A stretch of DNA of 60,675 bases, filler included, from Dimargaris cristalligena (taxonomy: Eukaryota): assembly GCA_003614675.1 (NCBI GenBank). It is 2 parts of 2 records of this genome, joined end to end, with 100 filler letters (N's around TTAATTAATTAA, not from the genome) between each part and the next. Parts side by side here need not be neighbours in the genome. Positions count along the whole stretch, not along the records: positions 1 to 30,337 come from ML002462.1; 1 more part is not named here. The stretch is one strand, 5' to 3'. The translations under genes and the position numbers were made by a program. The notes beneath the pieces are model-generated. The model worked only from the letters and a program-made list of their open reading frames with translations, was not told where the DNA came from and did no database searches. Each line of letters opens with the position of its first letter. Positions within the stretch are counted from its first letter, which is position 1. Shown here piece by piece: positions 14,201-26,216 of this stretch.

Positions 14201-16102
14201 TACCAACTCAACGTAAATTACGTGTCCGATAAACCGTCTCCCCTCGCGACCGCCAGTACCGGCGATGCGAGCCGCGGCACCGCTTCAGCAGTTACCTCGG
14301 ACGGCGGCCCCCCTACGACAGGCACCACCGCCGACTTGAGGGAAGTCATCACCAACGAACACACCATCTCGCGGGCTTGGTTCGCTAATATCGCGTCGCT
14401 TCTCTTGTCTACTTACGACGGGGGTTCCCCGGCCTCGGCCTCCCACTCAGGCAAACCAAACGGGGAAGGCTCCGAAGGGTCGGATATGGCCAAAACGACA
14501 TCCTCCCCCGGATCCGGACCCACCGGACTCCGCGACAGTCAAGGCAAGCGGTCTTACAACCACTTGGCGACGAAACTCTCGGTGAGCAACCTCTCCCTCG
14601 TTCACCAAGCGGGAGGGGCCACCAGTGCTACTCCCATTCGCTCCCTATCGGGGGATTACTTCACTTCCCATAAACCCGTCCCCATCTCGGTCAAAGGGAA
14701 TCGCACCTACAACGGGGTGCCGGTGCAGGAGGGAACCAACTCCATCACCTCTGTGATCCCCAAGAGTCGCAATGGAGGGGGAGGAGGCCACCCACCCCAC
14801 CAGCCGTCGGTGCGCAGCGCATCGTCCGAACGGTCCCTGGGACCCATCACGGGCCCCACTATTCCCATTTCCGATCGGATCACGGTAAACATTGACGATC
14901 GACGCCTGAGCGACCGGCGGGAACTGGCCATGTTGGAGTATGACAAGGTGTATGTGCCCATCGCCTGTTTCCACTTGACCCTATATTGGTTGAATTGTAC
15001 GGCGTCCCTGGTGGAGGACCAAATCAGCAGCTGGACCCGGGTTGCGGAACGGTGTGGGCTTCGTCTAGTCAAAGTCCCCGCCCGCCGACTGACTGACGAT
15101 GATTTATCCAATCACCACCCGTTCTTGTCCACCCAGGACATTCGCTTCGCTATCCCGCCCACGGTGGAGGAAGTCATGGACCGTATGGTACTGACGAGTT
15201 ACAGTCGGGCCGCTACCGTAGCGGGCGACCCCCACCAATTCACCTCCATTACCTCCACCAACACTACCACTAACACCACGGCCACCACCACTACTACTTC
15301 GCCCGTGGGAGATCTGAGCTGGGTGGATTTCCTCCCCAAGTACTTTTTCGAAGAAGCCGTCCTGGCCCACATGAACTTCGTTCTCGACAGTGAGGCCGAC
15401 CGCCTCTTCCCCGAGGAAGTGGTCCGCTCTATTCCCCCGCGGAATAAATTCGACTACCACCAGTATATCCACCGCTCCGGTTTGGCCTTTGTTCAAATCC
15501 GGTCGTCCGGTTGCCTCCGTTGGATTAATAATTCCCTCCATTTGGCTACGGAGGCCGCGGCCTTGACCCGTATTAACTCGTTCTCTAACGCGGCCCTGGT
15601 GGGCCCGGGATCCACCAATAGTGGAGGAGTTGGGGTTGGGGGCGTTAGTGGGAGTGGTAATAGTAGTAGCATTACCAGTAATGGACCCGGTGGAAGCGGA
15701 GCAGTGGGCGGAGGAGGTAGCCCGGGGTTTTCCTCTACCAATAATCTGACAGGTAATTTGATGACTTCCTCATCATCCCTGACAACCGGTACCCTGGGGG
15801 GGCTTAATTCCGGGCCCAATAGTTCCCACCAGACGGGGGAGCTGACCGACGGGCACCTAACCGAGTCCGGGAAAGGCAGAGAAGGAGGCTGCTCCCTCCA
15901 GTCACCCTACGAGCAAGTCAACCAACTGCGTCAGCAACTCGTGGACTTCTGCTCCGACTCGGATCAGCTCGATCAACTGTGGCGTAGCACGATCCAGCAG
16001 ATGAACAAAGAATACGGTCTAAGCGTCATTTCTAATATGTTGCCAGGTAAGTTGGATCATCCCATATTGTTATATATATATGTATTATATTGGTTTGGCT
16101 AA
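8209..16102 (+). CDS. IML1: GATOR1/SEACIT subunit Iml1/DEPDC5; exon 1 ~8209..8510 (apparent 1-nt frameshift at C9 run 8443-8451), exon 2 from 8748; possible terminal intron from 16047
   Basis: Motifs SARFMIFIQFSREMWQF..DG.LYYE, YKDYYKVV, GNILEAINLALN, VDVVCLAPKPLHRAPVFRFK, WKSLVTPAYLPLTT, DEP domain RRWHWRLYSNAFLGQEFVDWLL, FHLTLYWLNCT and QYIHRSGLAFVQI are typical of Iml1/DEPDC5. Intron 8511..8747 (gtaggt...atag) is phase 1. Confidence 0.93.
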
Positions 16103-17549
16103 AGTGGGCGGGCGCCATACGCAAGGGCGTTTATTGTGCATGTCGAGTTTTATTATATTACTGGCATTTTTATGTGTTTTTTCTATTTGGACTCGCTAAT
16201 TCAGTAATAGCTTGGTGTTTTGGAAGTATACTGCTTTGCCAAACGGTGCCTCTTAACATATTCTACATGGTGCATTATTTTAATAACATATGAAAAACTA
16301 TATTATGCCCATTGTCTATGCCTTATTATTATTTTTGGACTTTAAAGAAAAAGATCTGACCGGCCTTGATATCGAATTCTAGTGTTTTCATCTGATCCAT
16401 ATAAATCACTTTAATTGTTTTTACCAAGCAGCTACTGCTTTATTTAAAAGAAACCCCCCGGCTCCACACTTTTACGATAATAACATACTAGCATGCATCT
16501 CTTAATATACGACATTACTCAGTGTCTGCTGTAATGGATTCCCACCGAAATATTTATATAATTAAAATATAAGTTATCCGCGCCGAATTGCCTTTTGGCC
16601 CGCTATATAATACCACGTTTCTGGCGACCATCAGTTTCCATTATAGCGCCCACAGATTCAATGTATTGGAAAATTATTGGCATGTAATTGGTATATTGTA
16701 TAGGTCGTTCCAACTCCCATTTTCAGGTTGTTCAAGCCAAAGAATTTTTCGGAACTACATTCTCACCAGCTGGCTGTTTTTGTTAAAATAGTTTTCATGT
16801 CTGAAATTTATTAAAAATATGAGTGGGATTTCTATTGCGTAGAATAATTCAACAAATCTGTAACTAACATATTTTTTCTTTATAAGCAATAGTCCGGTAG
16901 TCCAATATACCACCACATTCCATCTTGCTAGTATTTCCCCTTTGCAAAGCATTAGCCCTATTGTAGTAACCATTTTTTCCACACCCAAGTCCCTGTAATC
17001 ATGTGAAAAAAAGATAGTGGCCAAATACTTAAAGAATACTCCTCTAACAAGACTACTCTTTCAATTAACACCCTTCTTCTTGCGGATTACTCCAAGCAAT
17101 CTAATGCACTTTATTCCCCTACTTGTACAGCCATATTTACTACCAACAATGAATTTCGGCGCCCCCAAATCATCCAGTCCTTTTACCCTTACAAATGGCC
17201 CCATGGCTGTATGCCAGGAACCAGCCATATCAACATCAAGCCGCTCTGAGCCAGGTCCCAAACCCAAACCCAAACTCAAACTCAAACCCATTCCCTAAAC
17301 CCCTGAGCTCAGCGCGTGGATGCTGGAGCTATCCAATACTAAAGTACTCAAGTGGTGAACTATCCAGGTACTCTTCCCAGTTCACTGCTTTGGCACTAGC
17401 CAGAAGATATAAAAAAGATGGTCATTTGGATCAACCTATAATTCATTAATTCCGAAAGATTAATTCACCAGTTATACCCTAAGGATACTAGGTGTACTGC
17501 CAAGGGTCAGGATAATTTCCCTTTCCATGAGACTAACTAGTCACCATAC

Positions 17550-17843
17550 TCTATTCATGATGCCTGCATACCCCAGATCCATAGTTATGCCTTTGCTGCA
17601 AACAGTGCTCACACCGGGATGAGCAAGCAACATTGAAGTCTTCCATATTCCATCTTTAAGAATGCCCTGGCAGATCCAAGGCAATTTTGTCTTCCATTTT
17701 CCCATATCCTTTTCTTCCATATCCCACCTTCAAGAATGCCCCAGCAGATCCAGGGCAATCTTGTCTTCCATTTTCCCATATATCTTTTCTTCCTCTTTTA
17801 CACAGTATTCAAACTTGAAGAACCAGCCAGTTTTTCCCTCCAT
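17550..17843 (-). pseudogene. Degraded retrotransposon gag-like fragment with an internal ~75 bp tandem duplication (17640-17793)
   Basis: Minus strand reads MEGKTGWFFKFEYCVKEEEKIYGKMEDKIALDLLGHS*RW, resembling the Ty3/Gypsy gag W..FE and LxGxAxxW motifs. Stops and a frameshift are present. The duplication (74 and 75 bp units) is seen directly; the gag call is inference. Confidence 0.35.
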
Positions 17844-19891
17844 GGTTTTATGGTTGTCAGTCCATCTGAGGATAATGTCCTAAAGTAGTAATGTAGCTCT
17901 AAGTTCATAGTATCAATTTGCATATATATAGTATCCCCAGCCGGCCCTTAAAACAGCAAGTTATCTTCAAGATAAGTTTTTATTATTCAGAATAAATATC
18001 TATTTTAACTTCACCCAGTGTTTTACCCAGCATCAGCCAAGGACTTCAACCAGAAGTCAATTTTTCACTTTCCTGCATTTTATTATCTTATTCTCAGTAT
18101 ATAGCCATCGTGGCTCCTCCAGCACCTAACTCCAATAACAGGAGTGTAGGACCATTTTACGTGGAGCATTTTGCACCATACCCCAGTTCAACCTCTGAGC
18201 ACAGCTCTGATCCGATCTGACTAGCTGAAGGACTGTTTCCCGAGTTCTCCATGATTCACCCAGGCGCCTTGAGCCCTCCAAACCTGATGTCCAGTGACCC
18301 TGCCAACCCCGGGGAGGATAAGGGGTCCAACCCCAGCCTTAGTCCCAGAAGGGAGGGGCCTCAAACCACTGGCCCAACAACAACTGGTAATTGCCACCAT
18401 TTTAATTACTGTTCCTGCTGAGTAATTACTAGCTTAAATGACTTCAAGTGTTTTATGTAATCGAAGCCAACTTGCATGAGCCCCTTTGGTATAAGCATAG
18501 GGTGAATTACTATGACATTCCATGTATCATTATAAAATTCTAATTTAATTTTCAATAATTACATTTGGGGACTTTGCCAATCTGGGAGTTCCATGTGATA
18601 TCCAGGACCCTCTTTGCCTAGTATTAAGCTAACCACCCATGGGTAACTATTAACCTCTAGGCACTTAGTTCCCCTTCCCCTGGATTTATTAGTATATACA
18701 CTAATTATTTCCTGCTAGTTATGCGCTGCTGCAGGCAGGCGGAATATTAGGCTACAAGCTTCAGGGAAATCACGCATTTGTTTTAATTGATAACACCCTA
18801 ACATAGTGTACTTTTTAGTTCCAAGCACTGCGAGCTACCCACCTAGAGCAGCACAGCCCAACAATGAACCTATTACATGAGCGAATAGTGGCTGCAATGG
18901 GTAAACCCGATGAATATCCCAGTCTGGCCTTGCAGCTGGCTACCACCAACTGTAAAGTATGGAATTCTTCCACCAACAGGTGGTTGTTGGGCTGAAGTGC
19001 CTCCGAGGCCTTAGAGGAGGTTGAGCTCATGACACATAGGCAGTGTATGAGCTAGGGACACAAGAATTGTACCAGGTTATCCAATAACAAGAACCAACAG
19101 CTTTGTCTAGCGGGAGGGAGTATATTCGGAATAAGTCGCTTAATAGGGCCAGACAATTGGCTACAAATGACCGACCAGCACATAACCAGAGAAGGGGAGA
19201 GGACCCGAACCAGCCAATACTCATGCTCAATCCCTCTCTCCTATGGTTGGACATTCCATGGTCTCACGTCAGGGGTGGGTCCTCCTATTGCGGCCCCTAA
19301 AGGCTGCTTGACTGAGCCTAGCAAGTATGGTCTTATACAACGGCAGGCTTTATGGCATATCCTCAGTATAGCCATTGGATGGGATCCGGTAAATCCCGGT
19401 GTCGAACAAGGCCTCCTATAGCACTAAGTGCAGTCCCCAGCCCCATTCATATTCCTCGAAAGGGATACCAGGGGTAAAAATAGAACAGGGTGGCTGGTTG
19501 GCTTAGAAGTGGTTATTTACGACAATACAGTCCGCTGGTCCGGGGGCGCAATGGTTGTTGTCTCCGATGTAGGCGGCTTTGGGTTGTTACACTATAGCCA
19601 GCTTTGGTAGAGCAAATGCCCTTGTTTGCCATCTGTAGGCGAATGTAAAGTGAGCTTCGAGTACTGGGCTAACTGGCTGGCATCTCGGTTGAATATATAA
19701 ACACACTCATCCCCTCTTTTCTATTACCAATCAAGTTATCAGCCCACCGCTCTCCTCGGTATCTTTTACCCCATTCTGTCTATTGCAGAGTGCATTTACT
19801 ATTCATAGCTGCAGCATTGCTAAGGCTTATCGTCAGTATTATTAACTTTTGCCTATGCAACAACCACTCCTTTTGATTCCAACTTTCCACC

Positions 19892-21786
19892 ATGAGACCC
19901 TCAATTGTTTCAGTGTCGGTACTGGGCCTAACTATAGCCCTTTACGCTGCAGGTCGCCCCCAGCCAGTTGACCTAGGTCACCCTTCGGAATTGACGGCAA
20001 AGCCTGACCGGGATGGTGATGTCGAGTTTTTCGATGCACCCAACCAGTTTGATGAGGAGAGTTGGCGGGATCCGGATACTAAAGGCCATCCCAGCGGAAT
20101 AGCTCAAGACAGGGCTACTGATGCCGGTTCAGACCCCCATATAGCGGAAATAGCTGAAGATTTTTATGCCAATCGTGTATAGGACTTGAAGAATCCAATG
20201 CCCAGAATGCCTGTTGCGGATAGACCTCCCTATAAGTTGGTCGAAAAGGGCAAATACCCGGAGCCCGATGAAGACAGTGGCTTGTTTGGCGATACCAATC
20301 TCAATGGCCCTGTCCTGAAGCCTTTGGAAGTTCCCGAAATTATTCCTCCCCCCCAGTCACTAGTCCAAAGCGGTGGTATGAGATTGAGCCCATTGACCAT
20401 GTGGAAACCAGATATCCAGGAAAAGTCGATCGTGGTCAGGGAGATCTGGATGGCAATGAAGACAGTGCTGAAGAGGAAGAAGAGTATGATGATGGCGACA
20501 ACTATGATGATGATTATGATGATGATGATGACAATGATGACAATACTAATCTAGTCTTTAGAAAAGTAGATTCCATTGTTAGAAAACCCGATGTAAGTTC
20601 TCACTTGATTGTTAAATATATGTATTGCACCTTGTCTATACCTTCCACTGCACAATATCCAAACAATTTTCTGCTGGAATTAAACAACGTGTCAATGCCA
20701 AACAGTATAATCTAAAATGTTCTCCCTATTTTCCCTGTCCACAGCATATGTATTTAACTTGTAGATATTTTTGTGATATACTAACCCACTCCTGTAAGAC
20801 TCTACCATTAACCACACTATTCAAAACAATACAACCTTTCCTAGAGCGTGACCATCAATGGCGTAATTTACGAGGATATGTTACCTGAAAAAGTTATCGA
20901 ATCCTTGATGCTTTTGGAATATGAATCCGCCATATCAGGTGCACTCTACTGGTCAGTCCTTCTTGGTGCAACTGAGCAAGCTTTTAACAGCAGGCGAGAC
21001 CGCTATGAGCAAGCCTGGATCGCAATCCGTGAGGAGTGGGCTTATGTTGATTACGACAAACTGAGCCCCAGCCAGCAAAGTACTGCATTTCCATTCCTCA
21101 CTGATATCTTTAATGAACATGTGTCTCTTGAGATCAGCCGTTGGTGGAATGATGATTACCCTAATACTGGACCCTCCGCTAAGACACCCAATCTTCAAGT
21201 CACTAAACCACTGATTGACAGAATCATCGAAAGACACCGTGCTGGTATGCTCACTCCAAGTAAAGCTAGTGAGTGGCTCTATCTCAAACACTTCCTACCC
21301 ATCCTATTCTTCCTTTTTGTCCATAGTGAAAACATAGCAGCCATGAGATCTATGCTCTCCCTAGAAAAGGGACAGTTCGTTAACTTTGATTTGACTCAGG
21401 CCCAGATCTTCTTTGCAGTTATGATACTGGAGTTTGATATTAAAGAGCTGTTTGAGGATGCATTCGCAATTCTTAAAATGGCAGTAGCACATCTGGCCGC
21501 TTTCACGAAACTACTCGACTATACTCATGCTGCACACCATATCAAGGATCATGGGTTAGATTACAAATTAAACGGCACAACCCCTTCGGTCTGCTACTTG
21601 GGCATGGGATTCTACCGCTCTTTTGTCATAAAAAAATCTACCGAGGATGGTGCACCACATGTGTCAATTCGTGTACCTAAGGCAGCCTTCCTGGAATTGG
21701 TCAACTATGGCGAGAGTGCTTTGCTGTCATCATCGGAAACCGAGGTCCTAGTAGGGGAAGCAGTTACTGGGTATAACACACATTAG
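19892..21786 (+). pseudogene. Disrupted gene for a secreted acidic protein of unknown family; exons ~19892..20592 and 20845..21786
   Basis: Signal peptide MRPSIVSVSVLGLTIALYAAG. An in-frame TAG at 20180-20182 is followed by a continuing frame, then a frame change near the C7 run at 20348-20354 leads into a D/E-rich tract. A phase-0 intron (20593..20844, gtaagt...cctag) joins the 312-aa ORF. TATA-like atatataaa near 19694. Confidence 0.65.
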
Positions 21787-21926
21787 TTAAATGCAGCCAG
21801 ACTGCTGGTTGGATGGTCCTTTTTGTTGAGACATGTGTAGTGCTTTCTAATAAACCTCCACTTTATTTCTACCTCAATTCTCCTTTTAGAATACTATACA
21901 GTTTTGTTGATGTTAACTAATATATG

Positions 21927-22018
21927 TTGGAAATACTATAGGATTAGTAATAAACTGGGTAAAAGGGAAAAAGGTGATAAAAGGATAGTAGGTATCTCTA
22001 GGTGGTTAGTTTTATTGA
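21927..22018. repeat. Fragment homologous to the interior of the LTR-like element at 24392-24486
   Basis: Shared sequence ending agtaggt..ctctaggtggttagttttattga at both places. Confidence 0.7.
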
Positions 22019-22234
22019 TTAGTTTAGTTGACAGGGGGCATTTACAATAGTTAAAATAATAGTGTTAATGCCAAACCAACTGCAGCACTGGGTGCCAACT
22101 AAGTAGTTCATGGTGATGGGCATACAGCCAGGGTGGAGCCACCTCCAATTGAACATAATCCTCATGGAAGAGAACCTGATGTTGTCACAGCCACACCATT
22201 CCAACTTGGACCTCTAAATTTTTCAACACACTGG

Positions 22235-22478
22235 GTATGGGAGAGGCTCAAACAAGCTATATAGTCAAAAATCTGTTAGGTGAGGCAAATATTACTGGTT
22301 GTGAATACATCTCCTACCTATTTTCCTATACATATATTATCCAAATCCTTATACAGCTGGGCTGAATTTTACCCATATGTTTCAACTGAAATCCTGTGCA
22401 GGCTAGATACCATATGGGAAAGGTTTAACTAGACTGTATAATAAAAAATCTGCCTGGTGGGGCCAGTAATACTGGTTT
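22235..22478 (+). mobile_element. MITE-like element (22235-22378) plus adjacent partial copy (22411-22478)
   Basis: Colinear with 6831-6974 including both terminal inverted repeats; several CpGs of the 6831 copy read TG/CA here. Confidence 0.7.
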
Positions 22479-24037
22479 AATATTATGTGGTATGCATCAA
22501 TATCTCTTTTATTAAGAGAAATGGTGCCCCAATGTGTGTATTGATGGTCTGGCAGTTGGATTCAATAATATTTATATTTCAATTGGTTGAAGCACCACCA
22601 CTACTTAATGAAACTTTTGTGTTATTACAGTCAACTTGGCCAATAGCAGCACGAGTGACCTACAGTAGGACAGGAGGGTTTGCCCTGCTGCTGGTTATCA
22701 AAACAAACTGCCTCCGCCTCCCTCTTATTCTGGGAGGCTCTTTCTTACTACTTTATCCTTATCAATAAACTATTATCTATTACAATTCAGTCCCTTTTTA
22801 TTATAACAGTGTAAAAGAGAATGGTGGAAATATGGCATTCCTTGTTACCTTGTGTAGGCTTCAATCGTTGTTTCATCCAAACCACTTCATAAATTTGTAA
22901 GAGCAATTCAAGGACAAGCTGCAGTTACATTTACCATTCCTGTAATATATTAAGCCACAATAGTGGCTTATGTGTGGCCCTATGGAACCCTTTAACTATG
23001 TTACTAATGAGACTAGTTTGGGGTATCATATAGCCAACTGATTGACTATCATTGGAAGAATGGGATGAAGACCAACCACTGTCCAATTTGCAGTGAGAAG
23101 CTGCCATTGGGAGAGTCGGGTTTAAAATGCTACAGTTGACTGAATTGCTATAGTCTACTAAATTATTCAAAAGTAGGGTATTGTGTTGTTTGTTAGCAGA
23201 CTCCAAAAATGTAGCAGTAGCAATATTACATCAGAGACATATATATGTGAAATGTTAGTGAGGCAGATAAAAGTATCCAACTAATGGCCATGGCTACCAA
23301 TGGTACTTAAATACTAACAGTGTTATTTTTCCAAAAAATAGTAGCAGTCCAGGGTTTGTCCAATGTTGTTAGTAGAATTGCATGCTAAACAAAGATTGTG
23401 TACCAGAAGGATAGTGCTTTTACCATATAGATCCATAGGTAATTATGGGGCTAGCAAATACCTTGTCCTACTGTTAATGAATAGTAGCTTTTATTAGGGT
23501 GTAGCCACTAGGTAAGGCTAACCACCACAAATCCAAGTGACCATCTGGCCCTATTGGTGGGAATGTGTTGCTAAGACAGTAACAAGTAATTCTTAGCCCA
23601 ATCCGCCATACCAAATCCATTAGTGTAAAAAATATTAGATAGTACACCCCATCCTGGGCTTGAAATGTCTTAGTAAAAGAATATTACACTTGCCAATATA
23701 TTCCTGCCCCAAAAAAATGGTGACACTGACTCCCCCCTACAACCTGGGTGTAACAGTAGTATTAATAGTAATGCATAGGCCAGGTCCACCATGCCAGTAA
23801 ATACACATAATCTCATTCATTCCCATCATCCATCTGTATCTCTATGGATTCAAATAAATTAGAACCAGATTCTTTTATACTCAATATTTATTATAGTCAG
23901 TAGCCCTAGATGAGCAAGAAGTACTAGTATTATGGCACTCAGTGAGCCAAAACTCATTCCCTTATATACCAATGGTGGGGTTTAAGGGTTCCCCCTAGGC
24001 AGTATTCATCCATACTTTTTAGTCATTGAAAGGATTC

Positions 24038-24836
24038 TGTTACCCAGGTTAACCACTCTTAGTCCATTAAGAGTCCCAAGGATAGGCTTCTAATAGTAGG
24101 TGGGGCTTAGACTTAGCCAAGCAGGCTACTAGCATTAGGATGGGGGTGTAGTACTAACTAATAAAGGATAAGTACAGGTCTATATAAGGAATGTGCAGCG
24201 GGCACACTTACTAGTTAGTATAAAGGGGTGAGTATATATAGAGTTTATTAAGGTAAATTAGGGGACATAAAATAAGCTGCCCTTGAACCGGTCCCAAGTG
24301 GATACTACTAAGACTAAGGTATAGGTAGATAAAGAGTCTGACTGGATAGCTTCATTTCTAGAAGACTCATGGGAACTAGAAGAGTTATTTATTGGAATAC
24401 TAAGGACTTAAAGGAAATAAAACTGGAAGTAAGGGAAAAAATCAGCCAGAGGACAGTAGGTGCCTCTAGGTGGTTAGTTTTATTGAACTGTAATTTTCTA
24501 TAGGGTAAAATATGAGTAGCTAACATGAATAATCTCATGATAGCAGAATAAACTAACATAATTGGATGAAAATAGGATAGGATAAAGAACATGTAAGAAC
24601 ATATTCTTTAATATTATTTGGATTAGTCAGTTGATTGTTTTGTGTAAAGGATTAGGTCTGGAAGGAGAAGGGCTATATAATAGATGACAATCCCATAGTA
24701 CCAGGGGTGACTATGGGAGGGTTAATATGGTACTATAAGGCCTAATAAGGACAGGTAATTATTAAGCCCAGATTAAGTCAGATTAGGAGGGCTGATATAC
24801 TTGAAGATCCACTCAGTATGGATTGAGATCCTGACA
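24038..24836 (-). mobile_element. Solo-LTR-like element
   Basis: TG...CA termini (TGTTA...TGACA). Both end regions align in reverse orientation to 25606-26216. No clear target-site duplication. Confidence 0.65.
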
Positions 24837-24946
24837 TTACAAGTATATTACCAACTGGTGGTATTGCACTCTACCAGTAGGGACAGAAATTGGTAAAATT
24901 GGATTCCAGTAGCTGTCACCATGAATTGTCCAAGCCTGTTGGTCAT

Positions 24947-25336
24947 ATGTTTAATGGAAAGCAACTAGGTGGGCACAATAAGAAAGGACCTGATGTCTGT
25001 GATAATTGCAGTAAGGTATTTGCATCATGCAGTAATCTCATTAGGCATATATGAATACATACTGGGGAGAAATCTTATGCCTGCAAGAAATGCGGGAAAG
25101 TGTTTTCAACAACTAGATATCTCAAATCTCACATGTGAGCACATACCAGAGAGAAGTCTTATACCTGCAAGAATTGTGGGAAGACACTTTTGTTAGTTTT
25201 CAATCTCAAAAAACACATTTGAACACATACTGGAGAGAGGCCTTATGCCTGCAAGGATTGCAGGACTGCATTCACAATGTCTGGCATTCTCAAAAATCAT
25301 ATGCAAACACTCCATAAAGAATCTGCTCACATATGA
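24947..25336 (+). pseudogene. Tandem C2H2 (Kruppel-type) zinc-finger pseudogene, 4 fingers
   Basis: Translation [103 protein letters not shown], with 84-bp periodicity and TGEKPY-like linkers. TGA at 25052, 25136 and 25220. Confidence 0.92.
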
Positions 25337-25605
25337 TTGTTGTAGCCATTTCTATGTAGAATATAATGACATCAATCACCATTTGATACCATACCCTTGT
25401 GGGGTACTTCTCTAAATTGCTGAATTGTATGGGTGTGTTTATAAACACCACATCCTTATAAACTAGAATCTGAACCATATAAACCTTCCATTACCTGCCT
25501 TTTATTTTCACATATGATAATCTTCATATATGATATACCATATTTCTAGAGCAAATCCTGCCATACCTTGGGTAATACCTAGCCCAAAGCAATGTCCCTG
25601 GTTAA

Positions 25606-26216
25606 TGTTGATCCTAATCTAGCTTTTGCAAGAGCAGTAACACTTTCCAGTCCACCTAATCCAACCTAATCCGGCTGGATAATTACTTACTATATTAGGC
25701 CTTATAGTGCAATATTGAGTCCCCTATAGTCATCTACGGTACTATGGGACCATCTGTTATCATATATAACCCCTAGTTGTGTCCCCCGGAGTTCACACTA
25801 TTCACTCCCCTGTTGATCCCAGACCTTTCCACTCCCATAGCAGTCTTCCTAATACAAGGGCCCCCAACCGGACTACTCACCTATCAACTAGTTATGTGTT
25901 TCCTCTCTTGGGACCTCCCATTGGAGCCATCCCCCATGTATATATAACCAGGCCTTTTGGATTAATTAGATTCCTCAGCTTATTTTTTATCCCCCTAGTT
26001 TACCCAATAAACTCTATATATGCTCACCCACCCAGGTACTAACCAGTAAGTGTGCACCACTGCACATCCCTTACATAACCTTTGCACTTGTCTTTATTTA
26101 GTTAGTACCACCGACCCTGATGCTAGGAGCATGCTTGGCCAAGCCTAAGCCTGCCTACCATTAGAAGCCTATCCCTGAGACTCTTGATGGACTAAGAGTG
26201 GTTAACTCGGGCAACA
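25606..26216 (+). mobile_element. Solo-LTR-like element, inverted relative to 24038-24836
   Basis: TGTTG...CAACA termini, internal TATA-like and AATAAA motifs. The 3' ~240 bp and a 5' ~120 bp block align with the reverse complement of the 24038-24836 element. Confidence 0.65.

Noticed and set aside
18110..18125. TGGCTCCTCC as a retrotransposon primer-binding site
   Set aside because: Not preceded by a definable LTR end and too short to support.
22805..22970. Possible MULE SWIM zinc-finger remnant (CKREWWKYGIPC)
   Set aside because: The first Cys and the His ligand are missing and the spacing is off.
24990..25320. 84-bp periodic repeat as a CRISPR-like array or selenocysteine recoding
   Set aside because: The period is the 28-aa zinc-finger unit, and the TGAs fall at Arg rather than Cys positions.
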